Shown here in pieces: positions 63,911 to 64,000 of a DNA stretch of 64,000 bases. This stretch comes from Myxococcota bacterium. Lineage in GTDB: Bacteria; Myxococcota_A; Polyangia; Polyangiales; Sandaracinaceae. The DNA is taken from contig JAYZQJ010000227.1 in assembly GCA_036149055.1 (NCBI GenBank), positions 78,761-142,760 of the forward strand, read 5' to 3'. Both the position numbers and the translations under genes were made by a program. Below the pieces are notes generated by a model. That model was given only the letters and a program-made list of their open reading frames with translations, was not told where the DNA came from and did not search any database. The first letter of the stretch is position 1. Each line of letters opens with the position of its first letter.

Positions 63911-64000
63911 GGGGGGGGGGTTTGAATCCCCCCCCCCCCGCGCGCGCCGCGGGCCCCCCCCCGCCCCCGCCGCGGGCCGCCCCCCCCCCCCCCCCCCCCC
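63911..64000. other. Low-complexity G/C homopolymer end, possibly a sequencing/assembly artefact
   Basis: Runs of 10 or more G and C at the window end. Confidence 0.6.

Noticed and set aside
63911..64000. G-quadruplex or functional repeat
   Set aside because: Homopolymer runs at the sequence end are more likely low-quality sequence.

Overview
A 64 kb, very GC-rich bacterial window. The gene content suggests a myxobacterium of the Polyangiales/Sandaracinus type (inference): MYXO-CTERM-like signal, MopE-type Cys/Asp repeats, DUF1552/DUF1592 pair, ferritin-like lipoprotein, many lipoproteins. I support about 57 CDSs. These include a molybdopterin oxidoreductase, an nfeD-flotillin-flotillin operon, a complete chemosensory operon (cheY, MCP-rhodanese fusion, EAL-HDOD, cheA, cheW, MCP, cheB, cheR, tandem-V4R protein), a 2208-aa secreted vWA/MopE-repeat/FGE-like protein, trpS, infA, a papain-family lipoprotein, and a double radical-SAM gene coupled to a PhyH-like dioxygenase. 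I saw no rRNA, tRNA, CRISPR or transposase. Best leads: (1) the 2208-aa ORF looks like a polyprotein, with an internal MYXO-CTERM anchor followed in frame by a second lipoprotein signal; (2) the chemosensory system has a rhodanese-fused soluble receptor and a V4R protein; (3) the tandem radical SAM + Rossmann-like + dioxygenase cassette sits between Cys-containing lipoproteins; (4) a leaderless-type TANNNT promoter pattern recurs before many genes. All family calls come from motif recognition by eye; no database searches were run.
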